Positions 19,247 to 28,689 of a stretch of DNA of 64,000 nucleotides are shown piece by piece. How positions within the stretch are numbered: the first letter of the stretch is position 1; every line of letters begins with the position of its first letter. The notes under the pieces were generated by a model. The model was not told where the DNA came from, did no database searches, and was given only the letters and a program-made list of their open reading frames with translations. This DNA is from Thermodesulfobacteriota bacterium (lineage in GTDB: Bacteria > Desulfobacterota > Desulfarculia > JACQYL01): contig CAXXLZ010000001.1 in NCBI GenBank assembly GCA_963675595.2, forward strand, positions 288,001 through 352,000, given 5' to 3'. The position numbers and the translations under genes were made by a program.

Positions 19247-19753
19247 CTAGGGCGCTTTGACGAAGAGTTCGTCGATGAGAAGACGATTGGTGTCCGAGAG
19301 GTCTTCGAACTCGACGGCAACGCCGATTCGATCGCGGTGGATATTGACTCGCAATATTTTGCCTTTAATCTCCATAGGTTCGGACATCATGGGATGTTGG
19401 AGATAAACCAGTATATCCGGCAGCCCCTGGTCTTTGTTCCATTCGGGTAATCTGGTCGAAGTGTTGGTTTCCATGAACAGTCCACCGGAACTGATGTCCT
19501 TGATCACGGACACGTGGATTTCTTCGGAAGCCGGTAGTCGCCATTTGACCGGGGCCACGAGTCTTTTTCGTGTGTGTCTGCGACGCTCTTGAGCGGGCTC
19601 TCTGACCCAGGAAACCCCGCGATCTTCAAGGTAGTCGGTAATTGTTTTCAGGATCAAGGAGGCGAGGGAACGTCGTTCCTTGCGAGCGATCTTTTCCAGA
19701 GCCTGCCGGATTTCAGTGGGCATTCGAAAAGAGTAGACAGGATCGTAAGACAC
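19247..19753 (-). CDS. Ribbon-helix-helix (CopG-like) plus PilZ domain protein
   Basis: YSFRMPTEIRQALEKIARKERRSLASLI (RHH); ERRRHTR (RxxxR) and DISSGG (DxSxxG) PilZ motifs; GTG start after AAGGGG. Confidence 0.85.
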   Translation of the reverse strand: MSYDPVYSFRMPTEIRQALEKIARKERRSLASLILKTITDYLEDRGVSWVREPAQERRRHTRKRLVAPVKWRLPASEEIHVSVIKDISSGGLFMETNTSTRLPEWNKDQGLPDILVYLQHPMMSEPMEIKGKILRVNIHRDRIGVAVEFEDLSDTNRLLIDELFVKAP

Positions 19754-20133
19754 GTAGTTTTCCCCTTGTATTCGTTTGGGATCAGAAGCAACGACGCTTG
19801 GCCGTAAGTTGTCACAATTTGCATGACAGATCAAGGAAAAAGTGCGGCGATCCGTGTGCGGCGGATTCAACCGTCGGAGAGGAGCCGGGCGTTGCGACAC
19901 TCATCGGTTTTTTGGAAAGGAATCCGTTCGGAAACCATGCCCCACCCTTGAAAACCTTTCCCCGAAGCATTAAAATTTTATAGTACGATTTTTGTAGGGC
20001 GGCAGCCCTCTTTTTTTCGATTGGAGATTGTTCCCGTGGGAAGTACCTCGAAGGCCGGTCGAGCCGGCCTTTGCGCACAGACAACCGGAACCTTCAGAGC
20101 AAACAGGACTGAACGTTAAAGGAGAGTAACGCG

Positions 20134-20838
20134 ATGAGGAGTGTTGCCTATTCGCAGGAGAAGGCCCAAGTGGTGGTAAACGACTTCATAAGAAGCGTTT
20201 ACAACTGGATGGTGATGGGGTTGGGTCTGACGGGAATCATGGCCTATTACGTGTCGGGCAGCGAGACATTGGTCAGGCTGATTTTCGGGAATCAGATTCT
20301 CTTCTGGGGCTTGGTTATCGGTGAGCTTGTGCTGGTTTTCGCCATCAGTGGTCGGATTCAGCGTATGTCGGGGCAAACGGCGACGGCTCTGTTTCTTCTT
20401 TATTCCGCTTTAAACGGAATGACCCTTTCATTTGTTTTCCTCGCCTATGCGGGCAGCTCAATAGCAAGGGTATTCTTCATCACGGCGGGGACTTACGCCG
20501 TTTCCAGCATCTATGGGATGACCACTAAAAGGGATCTGACTTCGTTGGGAAGCTTTCTCTTCATGGGGCTCATCGGCATTATCTTGGCCTCGGTGGTGAA
20601 CCTGTTCGTCCACTCCACCGCCATGCAGATGATCATATGCTACGTGGGGGTGCTGGTGTTCGTGGGATTGACCGCCTACGACACCCAGCAGATCAAGGAG
20701 ATGGCTCTTTCAAGGCCCGCCGGCTTGGACGCGGACGTGCAACGGAAAGGCGCCATCCTGGGAGCTCTTCGGCTCTACCTGGATTTCATCAACCTGTTCC
20801 TCATGATGCTGCAGATATTCGGAGGATCAAGAGAGTAA
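20134..20838 (+). CDS. Bax inhibitor-1/YccA family membrane protein
   Basis: Seven TM helices; TAYDTQQIK and GALRLYLDFINLFL. Confidence 0.95.
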   Translation: MRSVAYSQEKAQVVVNDFIRSVYNWMVMGLGLTGIMAYYVSGSETLVRLIFGNQILFWGLVIGELVLVFAISGRIQRMSGQTATALFLLYSALNGMTLSFVFLAYAGSSIARVFFITAGTYAVSSIYGMTTKRDLTSLGSFLFMGLIGIILASVVNLFVHSTAMQMIICYVGVLVFVGLTAYDTQQIKEMALSRPAGLDADVQRKGAILGALRLYLDFINLFLMMLQIFGGSRE

Positions 20839-20866
20839 TTCGACCGAGATGTTCCTGATTCAGAAG

Positions 20867-20908
20867 AAAAGATTCCGCCGGCCATATTGCGCCGGCGGAA
20901 TCTTTTTT
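20867..20908. terminator. Bidirectional rho-independent terminator
   Basis: AAAA-GATTCCGCCGGC...GCCGGCGGAATC-TTTTTT between convergent genes. Confidence 0.85.
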
Positions 20909-21002
20909 GGGGGGGGACCGGAAACGGGAATGTGAAACCGCGGAAAAGCCGCCGGCGACAAAGCCCCAAGCTCGCTCCTCGTGGGCTCTCTATTCGGCAG
21001 GC

Positions 21003-21257
21003 TTATGCGGGCAACCGGTTCAGCGGCTCTTCGCAAAACGGGCATGAGAGCAAAAGAACGATGTCCTCTTGGGGGTCAAGAGGGTTCTTTTCCTTGCCGA
21101 AGCCGGAGGACTGGCAGAAGATGCATTTGTAGACCACATATGAGCGCTTCTTGTGAAAACAGGAAGAACATACGAACCCGATGATCTCCATGAAGTAACA
21201 AGACTCTTTGTTGATGGGTTGTCCACAGAGCCCGCATACTTCCAGGCTGTAACGCAT
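21003..21257 (-). CDS. Small protein with four CxxC motifs (double zinc finger)
   Basis: CGLC, CSSC, CIFC and CPFC in 84 aa; start could be up to 21302. Confidence 0.65.
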   Translation of the reverse strand: MRYSLEVCGLCGQPINKESCYFMEIIGFVCSSCFHKKRSYVVYKCIFCQSSGFGKEKNPLDPQEDIVLLLSCPFCEEPLNRLPA

Positions 21258-21475
21258 GCGGGTTTCGGATAGACGGGGAATGGAAGGGTCCCGGCTAAGC
21301 ATATCTTATCTCCGTTCAAACCGCGCTCGAAACCCCTGCCGCTCCCGGGACAAGAGTACGTTCGTCCCGAAACGTCGGAATTGTCGGGGGCTGCGCCGCG
21401 GGCGCTCCCGTAGCTTATGATAATGGGCAGACCAGCTGTCTCTATTATCGGCGAAAGTTCCCACGGACTTTAGCC

Positions 21476-21592
21476 GGCTCTTGAAAAACGCGATCCGCCG
21501 CGTTGCGCTTCATCCCTCATTATTTCGGCGTACTACATGTACGTTTTGTTCGGGGTTTGCGCGCCTTGACAATCATCGTTTTCCATCAGCCT
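21476..21592 (+). repeat. ~120-bp MITE-like dispersed repeat (family A)
   Basis: TGAAAAACGCGATC...GCGTTGCGCTTCATCCC...GCGCGCCTTG...CATCGTTTT, shared with 33093, 37996, 45270 and 45806. Confidence 0.8.
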
Positions 21593-21770
21593 GGGCCGGC
21601 CGAACTCTTTCCACGAGTCGGCCGGTCATTCCGAAGGTGCCGGACTCACACGGACTCTCGACTTCCTAAGTCATTGCCGTTGATGGAAGTGAAAGGTATA
21701 CTAAAAAACTCATGGTCGGCGCCGCCCCGCTTCCGGCCCCGAACGGCACCAACTACCACCGTAGAGGGTT

Positions 21771-22484
21771 TTGACCATGATTCACTTCATTCCCTCCCAT
21801 CAACGGCATTTTGCCGATTTCGGTCGCCTCAAGACCTATTGGTTGTTTTCCTTTTCAGACTACTATGATCCCGAGAACGTACAATTCGGGGCGCTGAGGG
21901 TTTTCAACGACGACGTGCTCCAACCGGGATTCGGATTTCCAGCCCACTCGCACGACGAGATGGAGATCATTACCCTGGTTCTGAAGGGAGAACTCACGCA
22001 TAAGGACAGTACGGGAGTCGCCTCCTCCATTCGAGCCGGGGAAGTGCAAGCCATGACCGCCGGCACGGGAATCACCCATTCCGAATATAATCAGGGGGCG
22101 GAACCGGTTCACCTCTACCAGATTTGGATTCACCCGGAGGTGGAGGGATTGACTCCCGGCTATCGCCGAGAGGATTTCAGCGGGCACGAAAAGCGTGACC
22201 AATGGCTTCCCATCGTCTCCGGACAAGGCAAAGGTGACGCGCTTCCGATCCGGTCGGACTCTTCGATTTACCTGACGGAACTTTCTCAAGGCGTCGAACT
22301 TCACTTCGAATCGGACCATCAAAGAAAGAAGTTTGTCTACGTCACAGCCGGAACTGCGGAGCTGAACGGGCAAACACTGACTGAAGGAGACCAGGCGCGC
22401 GTGGAAAGTGAGTCTTTCCTGTCCTTCAAAGCGCTCGAAACCGCTTCGATGGTCCTCCTTGATTTGCCCCGGGGCCGCAAGTAG
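21771..22484 (+). CDS. Pirin family protein (YhhW-like)
   Basis: FSFSDYYDP, GFPAHSHDEMEII, MTAGTGITHSE, QIWI. Confidence 0.95.
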   Translation: MTMIHFIPSHQRHFADFGRLKTYWLFSFSDYYDPENVQFGALRVFNDDVLQPGFGFPAHSHDEMEIITLVLKGELTHKDSTGVASSIRAGEVQAMTAGTGITHSEYNQGAEPVHLYQIWIHPEVEGLTPGYRREDFSGHEKRDQWLPIVSGQGKGDALPIRSDSSIYLTELSQGVELHFESDHQRKKFVYVTAGTAELNGQTLTEGDQARVESESFLSFKALETASMVLLDLPRGRK

Positions 22485-22636
22485 GGTCCCCTGCGAACCG
22501 CACTCCGAGGGAGTGCGCCTCATCGTTCTCCCTCGATACAGGCTGCGAACTCCCTCTGCAATAAGCCGATACCAGGTCGGCTTTTTTGAGCCGGCCGATT
22601 TCCTGACTCGTTTCAGGAAAAGAGGAGCGTGGCGGC

Positions 22637-25006
22637 TTGAAAAAGCGAATTCTGTGGCTCGGCCTCGGATTACTCGGACTCATCTCTCTTCTTCCGGTTG
22701 TCGGCTTCCTTTGGTGGCGGGTGCAGGTGGGAAGAAATCTCCCCCGGCTTGACGGTACGGTAACGGTTCCGGGGCTTGCCGCCGCCGTCGATATCATTCG
22801 CGACGAATTCGGTGTGCCTCATATATTCGCTGAAAGCGAACCCGACCTTTTCTTGTCCCTGGGATTTGTCATGGCCCAGGATCGCCTCTGGCAAATGGAT
22901 TTTCACCGACGGCTCGGCGCCGGTCGTCTGGCCGAGCTCTTCGGCGAGGAGTTGGTGGAAACGGACCTTTATTTCAGGACCCTCACCGCAGGTATGGGGC
23001 GTCCCGCAATCCCTCCGGACTCCCGACGGCTCCTCGAAGCCTTTGCCGCCGGCGTCAATGCGTACATAGAGAGTCATAGAAACCGAATGCCCGTTGAGTT
23101 CGAAATACTCAAAGTGTACCCGGAACCCTGGTCGGTCGAGGATTACTTCCCGATTCTGAAACTAGTGTGCTGGGGGTTGAGCAGCGGTTGGAGGGTCGAT
23201 CCCACTGCGGGGGGCGTCCTGGAAAAGGTGGGGGAGGAGATGATGCGCCAGGTGTACCCGGCTTGGCCCGGCGAGGCCCCGGTTACGGTTCCTTCATCGG
23301 CAATCGTCTCCTCGGGATTGCGTCTCCACGGCCTCGAGTCCGCCGTCCGCTGGAGCGGGTTTCATGCTTCGGGAGCCAGCAACAACTGGGTAATCGGGCC
23401 GAGCCGTTCCAAGAGCGGGCGTCCGATACTCGCCAATGATACCCACCTCCCTCTGATCAATCCTTCCTTCTGGTACGAAGTACGTCTAGTCTGCCCCACG
23501 ATGGACGTCTCGGGATTCGCCATTCCCGGAATTCCCGGCATCCCGGTGGGACAGAATCGCAAGGTCGCCTGGGGCGTCACCAACGTCATGCTCGACGACG
23601 TGGACTTCTTTGCGGAAAAACGCAATCCGGACAATCCAAAACAGGTCTTGTATCGAGATCGTTGGGTGGACTTGCGTGTGCATCGCGAGCGAATCCGAGT
23701 CAGGGGAGGCGGAGTCGTGGACAAAGAGGTCTTCGTGAGTCCTCACGGCCCGTTGATCACCGGAGGGGAAACCGAGAAGCGTGATTTGCCTCTGGCGGCG
23801 AGGTGGGCGTTTCGGGATCGAATTCAGACTCTGCGTTCCGCTCTTCTCTTGATGAAGTCGGAAAACGTCTTTCAAGCGATCGATGCCTTGAGAGACTGGG
23901 CCGCTCCGGCCCAGAATTTCGTGTTCGCCGATGTGCAAGGCAATTTCGGCTACTGGTGTTGCGGAACGGTTCCGGTTCGCGTCAAGGGCGACGGGCTTCT
24001 GCCCGTCCCCGGATGGGACGGGGAGTATGAATGGTCCGGGTTCGTCCCTTTTGAGGAACTTCCCCACGTTGTGAATCCCGAGTCGGGATTCGTGGCCTCG
24101 GCCAACAACAAAGTAGGCGAGGATGGAAGTGGGGCATGGCTCGGCCGCTACTGGGAACCTTCGGATCGGATCGTACGAATTCGTCGGATGATCGGCTCGC
24201 GGAGGAAATTGGGTGTCGAAGACGTCAAAGCCATGCAGCTCGACGTGACCTGTCCGCTCGCGGAGGAACTCACTCCAAGACTGGTTCGAGTGTTGAAGGA
24301 GAGGCTCCCCCGTTACGTTTGGGCAAGAACGCTGTTTGAGAACTGGGATCACGCAGTCGAAGCGGACAGCACTGCGGCCGCACTCTTCGAGACGGTCTTT
24401 GGAAGGCTGGTCTTCAATCTGTTGCACGACGAACTGGGGGACGAGCTGTTTTCGGCTTATTTGAAGGCATCGGCTTTCGTCCCCAGGGCGATGAGACACC
24501 TGACGCGCCTGGAGGAGTCGGCCTGGTTCGACCGGGTGGATACTCCACGAAGAGAAACTTTGGACGATATCCTGGAAATCAGTCTCTTGGAGGCGATCAG
24601 GGAGTTGGAAAGAAAATCCGGCGGGCATCCCGAGGAATGGACCTGGGGGCGGCTGCATCAGATCGTGTTCGTTCACCCCTTCGGACTGAAGAAGCCTCTC
24701 GACGCGCTGTTTAACCTGGGCCCTTACGCCGCACCCGGCAATCACCTCACGGTCGACAAGAATCAGTACTCCTATGGGAATCCGTTCCGCACCGAAGTGG
24801 GCGTATCTCAAAGGATGATCGTGGACCTTGCAGCCCCGGACCGCTCCTACCGGGTTCTGCCCACGGGGGAGTCCGGCAATCCCGACGGGGCACACTACGA
24901 AGACCAGACCCACCTGTACCTGAGTGGGACGTACCGGCGGTGCTGTCCGGAGTCCCCGGCTGCTTCGAAATCATCGAAGGAGAGGTTGACGCTGAAACCG
25001 GAATGA
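22637..25006 (+). CDS. Penicillin acylase family Ntn-hydrolase
   Basis: RDEFGVPHIFA, AQDRLWQMD, ASNNWVI (Ser nucleophile), LANDTHL. Confidence 0.95.
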   Translation: MKKRILWLGLGLLGLISLLPVVGFLWWRVQVGRNLPRLDGTVTVPGLAAAVDIIRDEFGVPHIFAESEPDLFLSLGFVMAQDRLWQMDFHRRLGAGRLAELFGEELVETDLYFRTLTAGMGRPAIPPDSRRLLEAFAAGVNAYIESHRNRMPVEFEILKVYPEPWSVEDYFPILKLVCWGLSSGWRVDPTAGGVLEKVGEEMMRQVYPAWPGEAPVTVPSSAIVSSGLRLHGLESAVRWSGFHASGASNNWVIGPSRSKSGRPILANDTHLPLINPSFWYEVRLVCPTMDVSGFAIPGIPGIPVGQNRKVAWGVTNVMLDDVDFFAEKRNPDNPKQVLYRDRWVDLRVHRERIRVRGGGVVDKEVFVSPHGPLITGGETEKRDLPLAARWAFRDRIQTLRSALLLMKSENVFQAIDALRDWAAPAQNFVFADVQGNFGYWCCGTVPVRVKGDGLLPVPGWDGEYEWSGFVPFEELPHVVNPESGFVASANNKVGEDGSGAWLGRYWEPSDRIVRIRRMIGSRRKLGVEDVKAMQLDVTCPLAEELTPRLVRVLKERLPRYVWARTLFENWDHAVEADSTAAALFETVFGRLVFNLLHDELGDELFSAYLKASAFVPRAMRHLTRLEESAWFDRVDTPRRETLDDILEISLLEAIRELERKSGGHPEEWTWGRLHQIVFVHPFGLKKPLDALFNLGPYAAPGNHLTVDKNQYSYGNPFRTEVGVSQRMIVDLAAPDRSYRVLPTGESGNPDGAHYEDQTHLYLSGTYRRCCPESPAASKSSKERLTLKPE

Positions 25007-25183
25007 CGGCTCCCGGTTTGTCGGGAACGGCGGGAAAGGAGCGTTTGGTGCGAAGCAATACCGTTTACCGAGGACGGCGACGCGTAAGAGGTCCGATGGT
25101 GTTGGACGAGCGATGGTCCGGTTTGTCCGTCGGGCTCGGGAAATTATGGTGTTTCGGCCGCAACGAGTTACTCGAGGGACGAA

Positions 25184-25900
25184 GTGGGGAAGCCTGACAT
25201 GTTGTCGTATCTTCCCCAAGGGGGCGTATCCGTCGACGATGCGGGATCGGCCCAGCTTCCGATCCGGTTGCGTTTTGAACGGATCGCGGAAAGCGCCCCC
25301 GACGTGGAGTCTTTCGCGTCCAGGGCGATGAAGCTTTTGGGCGATCTCGTCAACGCCCGGAGCATTCAGTTGATCGTTCCGGATTTCAAAAGAGATCGAC
25401 GCTTGATTCAGGCCAAGTTGACGAGAAACGGCGGGAAACGGCGGATGGAATTCGACGACTCGGAATTCTTCTACCAGAAATCGGGGGTCAAGCGGAGGAG
25501 AACTCCGACCTATCTCCTTCAATCACTCTATCTCTATGCCCTGGAACTCCCACAACGCTGGTCCGCGACCTTGCGAATCGAGTTTCCGGGCATTTCCATC
25601 TTGTCTTATTCCGATGATTCAAACCTCAGGAAACTGCTCAGGTCCATGAGTCGCGGTCTTCATGTCGTGCTCATGAACGAGGAGCTGCATCGTTTGGAAA
25701 GACGTGTGGAGGAAGAGGAACAAGTCAACCAGGACCTGAGGGAGTTTACCGCGAACCTGAGTAAGGAATTGCATTGTTTAAGTAGTTTCTCCACGGTTCT
25801 GGGGCAAATCTTCAATGTGGCCGAGATTCCGTTTGGATTCCGACGGGTCCATGTTTTTCCGACACGGTGGACCGGCCCCGGCCGGAGGAGGAACGCATGA
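25184..25900 (+). CDS. Hypothetical protein, likely the N-terminal (GAF/coiled-coil) part of a truncated sensor
   Basis: GAF-like segment, then coiled coil and ELHCLSSFSTVLGQIFNVAEI; C-terminal tail looks non-native. Confidence 0.5.
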   Translation: MGKPDMLSYLPQGGVSVDDAGSAQLPIRLRFERIAESAPDVESFASRAMKLLGDLVNARSIQLIVPDFKRDRRLIQAKLTRNGGKRRMEFDDSEFFYQKSGVKRRRTPTYLLQSLYLYALELPQRWSATLRIEFPGISILSYSDDSNLRKLLRSMSRGLHVVLMNEELHRLERRVEEEEQVNQDLREFTANLSKELHCLSSFSTVLGQIFNVAEIPFGFRRVHVFPTRWTGPGRRRNA

Positions 25901-26913
25901 TCGTAGACGTGGTGTATGGATTCTTGGGGGCGGGAAAGACCACCTTTGTACGCCGGCTTCTGGACCGCCCCCCCAAGGGAGAAAAGCTCGTCGTGCTTGT
26001 CAACGAATTCGGCGAAGTGGGTTTGGACGGGCTTCTGCTGGCCGAGCAAGGAGCCGACATCGTTGAAATGCCTTCAGGCTGCATTTGCTGTACCATGTCC
26101 ACGGATTTTCGTCGGCGCTTCATGGAAATCCATGAGGAGTTCTCACCGGACCGTATCGTGGTCGAGCCCACCGGAGTGGCCACCATTTCGCAAATTCAAA
26201 GCCTGCTGGAAAGAGAGGACCTGCGTCCCCTCTATTCCCACGTCTACCGGATTCACGTACAGGACGCCTCCGAGTTCCTTCACTTCATGAAATCTCATCG
26301 GCACTTCATGATTAACCAGGTGCGGGGAAGCAACGTGGTGGTGCTCAACAAAACCGATCTGGTCGAACCCAACCTTGTGCGCATGCTGGTGGACTCCATC
26401 AAAGAAATCAATCCCGACGCTCGGGTGTTCCCCACGACCTTTGCCCTGTTGGATGAAGAGCTCATGCCGGAGATTTTGGGGGCGCCTTCTCCCATCGTTT
26501 CCGCCGTGGATACGTCGGAGGTCCCCCACGGTCATGAACATGCTCCCTTGGAGCACGGAGAATCGGTTTCCGGACACGATCACGATCACAATCATGATCA
26601 CAATCACGAAGAAGAGGACTGGGGGTTTGCCGGCCGATATGCGTCGTTCGGGCGTCGTTACTCCGAAGGTCAGGTCTTCGAGCCGGAGTGTCTGATCGGT
26701 CTTTTCGAGAAACTGATCCGCAAGGACCTTGGAATGGTAGTACGGGCCAAAGGAGTTTTCCGCGTTCCCGGTGAGTGTCTGAAACTGGAAATCGCTTCGG
26801 GACAGCTTCGTCGTGAGGAAGGACCTCGCACCCCGGAAAGTGTGGTCTCCATCATCGGACAGTTTTTGAACACGGAAGCGCTGGAGGCGCACTTGCGGAA
26901 ATGTCTGGTTTAG
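25897..26913 (+). CDS. CobW/COG0523 family metallochaperone GTPase
   Basis: GFLGAGKTT, NEFGE, GCICC, EPTG, NKTD; His-rich linker; RAKG in the C-terminal domain. Confidence 0.95.
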   Translation: MIVDVVYGFLGAGKTTFVRRLLDRPPKGEKLVVLVNEFGEVGLDGLLLAEQGADIVEMPSGCICCTMSTDFRRRFMEIHEEFSPDRIVVEPTGVATISQIQSLLEREDLRPLYSHVYRIHVQDASEFLHFMKSHRHFMINQVRGSNVVVLNKTDLVEPNLVRMLVDSIKEINPDARVFPTTFALLDEELMPEILGAPSPIVSAVDTSEVPHGHEHAPLEHGESVSGHDHDHNHDHNHEEEDWGFAGRYASFGRRYSEGQVFEPECLIGLFEKLIRKDLGMVVRAKGVFRVPGECLKLEIASGQLRREEGPRTPESVVSIIGQFLNTEALEAHLRKCLV

Positions 26914-27005
26914 GATGCCGTCCCGTTGTGCCGGCTCGCACGGATCACGCTCGTGGTCCCGGTAACTCCCGAATCGAAGCGACGGGACGGAAGCGGGAGG
27001 CGTCC

Positions 27006-27587
27006 GTGGAAAGGGGAGAAGAGTTCCTAAGGTGTTTCCGCGGGATTCCCGGTGTTGATCCGGTCTTCCTGCTCGATGAAGCCGACCGGTTCAAGTTGTT
27101 GGAAATTGAACCGGGTGCGGAAAAGAAGTCCTTCCTGGGTTTAGGCAAGGCATACAACAGCGGCATTCGTGAAATAATCGCCTGCCCCGTGGTAATCCTC
27201 GGCTTCACGAGCAAGGCGTTTTCCTGGGGCTGCGAGTCCCACATATTGCTGAAAAAGGACGATCGCGTCGTGGGAGAGGAGATTTGGGACCCGAACAAGA
27301 TCAGAGAGCTGGAGAGTCTGCCCGACATCTGGTTTCTTCACAGAAATTTTGTCGTCTACAAGTCCAGGGTGGATTTTCCGAGGGACGTTGTGGAACAGCG
27401 GTGCTGCTTTGAGTTGCCCGCGGTACTGTTCGAGCAGGAGTTGGAAGGAATGCCCCCGGACTGCGAATGTATCGTCTGCTATCCCTCGACCCGTGGAGAC
27501 GTGTTCCTGAAAGAGACGTATCTCGCCGGTAAGGGTGAACGGGGCACGGGCACGGCCCTTTTCGGCATTCGGAATCTCGATCTTTGA
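27006..27587 (+). CDS. Hypothetical protein
   Basis: GTG start after GGGAGG; in line with cobW and the ramA fragment. Confidence 0.7.
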   Translation: MERGEEFLRCFRGIPGVDPVFLLDEADRFKLLEIEPGAEKKSFLGLGKAYNSGIREIIACPVVILGFTSKAFSWGCESHILLKKDDRVVGEEIWDPNKIRELESLPDIWFLHRNFVVYKSRVDFPRDVVEQRCCFELPAVLFEQELEGMPPDCECIVCYPSTRGDVFLKETYLAGKGERGTGTALFGIRNLDL

Positions 27588-27635
27588 GGAGTTCTTCGGA
27601 AGGTTCAAGAGAGGAAACATGGGGAGATTGGTGGC

Positions 27636-27872
27636 ATGCCTCGACTATCCGTCGCTATGGACTTGGGCACGAGCGGTTTGAGGGACCAGGCATTGGACGT
27701 AGGGAACAAAGAAATCATATCCACCGTCATTACCACCCGACATCCTTTGCCCGGGGCCAATGTCATCGACCACCTGCATTTGGCCATCGAAATGGGAGTC
27801 GAAGTGTCCGCCGGCAGGCTTGACCCTTCAAACGAAACCAACCCCACAGCGGAATTCCCTACGAGGACTTGA
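27636..27872 (+). pseudogene. N-terminal fragment of a RamA-like corrinoid reductive activase (ASKHA)
   Basis: AMDLGTSGLR...TVITTRHPLPGANVIDHLHLAI resembles the RamA N-terminus; similarity ends after about 58 aa whereas RamA is over 500 aa. Confidence 0.75.
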
Positions 27873-27978
27873 GGCGTGTCCGGGCGGATATGATCGAGGT
27901 AAGTTCTTGAGGACCAATTGAAAGGGTTTGAAAGGTTCGTGGGCTTTCACTATTCTGAAAATTTAACGGAGGAAAATA

Positions 27979-28665
27979 TTGATAGACTGGACAGTCGTGA
28001 CCCGCTTGGCGCTTGCCGGCTTTTTGGCCGGGCTGGTGGGCATTGAGAGGGAGACTCACGGGCGCAGCGCGGGCTTGAGAACCAATGTCCTGGTGGGCAT
28101 GGGGTCGGCACTGTTCATGATCCTTTCCTCCCAACTCAACTCGCTCTATCCGACGCTCGACAGCCATAGCATACTAAGATTGGACCCCGGCCGCATCGCC
28201 TCCTATGCCGTCGCCGGGATGGGTTTCATGGGAGCGGGCGTCATTCTCAAAGGGAAAGGGGACATTCGGGGTGTCACCACGGCTGCATGTCTTTGGGTGA
28301 ATACAGGCGTGGGGCTGGCAGTGGGCTGCGGCATGTGGTTGCCGGCCGTCGTTCTCACCACCTTCACGCTGTTCACGCTCATCTGTCTAAAATATATCGA
28401 TATGCAACTGCATCGCGACCTTTACAGCATATTGGAAATTCAGTCGGAGGACCTGCCCGGACAACTCGATGCGGTCCTCAAGGTCATCTCCGAAAGGGAC
28501 GGCAGCGTCCTTTTCGTGGAATACGACCAGAACTTGAGAAACCGAACCGTTGAATACAGCATCAGTCTCAAGATGAAACGACAAGGACCCTGGAGGGAAA
28601 TCGCCGCCGAAATCTCCGCACTTCCCGGATTGAACCGGGTTTGCTGGCGGAGTGGGCGGGTATGA
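27979..28665 (+). CDS. MgtC/SapB family protein
   Basis: GIERETHGRSAGLRT, DPGRIA, GVTTAA. Confidence 0.93.
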   Translation: MIDWTVVTRLALAGFLAGLVGIERETHGRSAGLRTNVLVGMGSALFMILSSQLNSLYPTLDSHSILRLDPGRIASYAVAGMGFMGAGVILKGKGDIRGVTTAACLWVNTGVGLAVGCGMWLPAVVLTTFTLFTLICLKYIDMQLHRDLYSILEIQSEDLPGQLDAVLKVISERDGSVLFVEYDQNLRNRTVEYSISLKMKRQGPWREIAAEISALPGLNRVCWRSGRV

Positions 28666-28689
28666 AATTATAGACAAGGGAATGCGACT

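Noticed and set aside
26575-26607. CACGAT/CACAAT hexamer repeat as a contingency locus
   Set aside because: Encodes the ordinary His-rich linker of COG0523 proteins; imperfect and in frame
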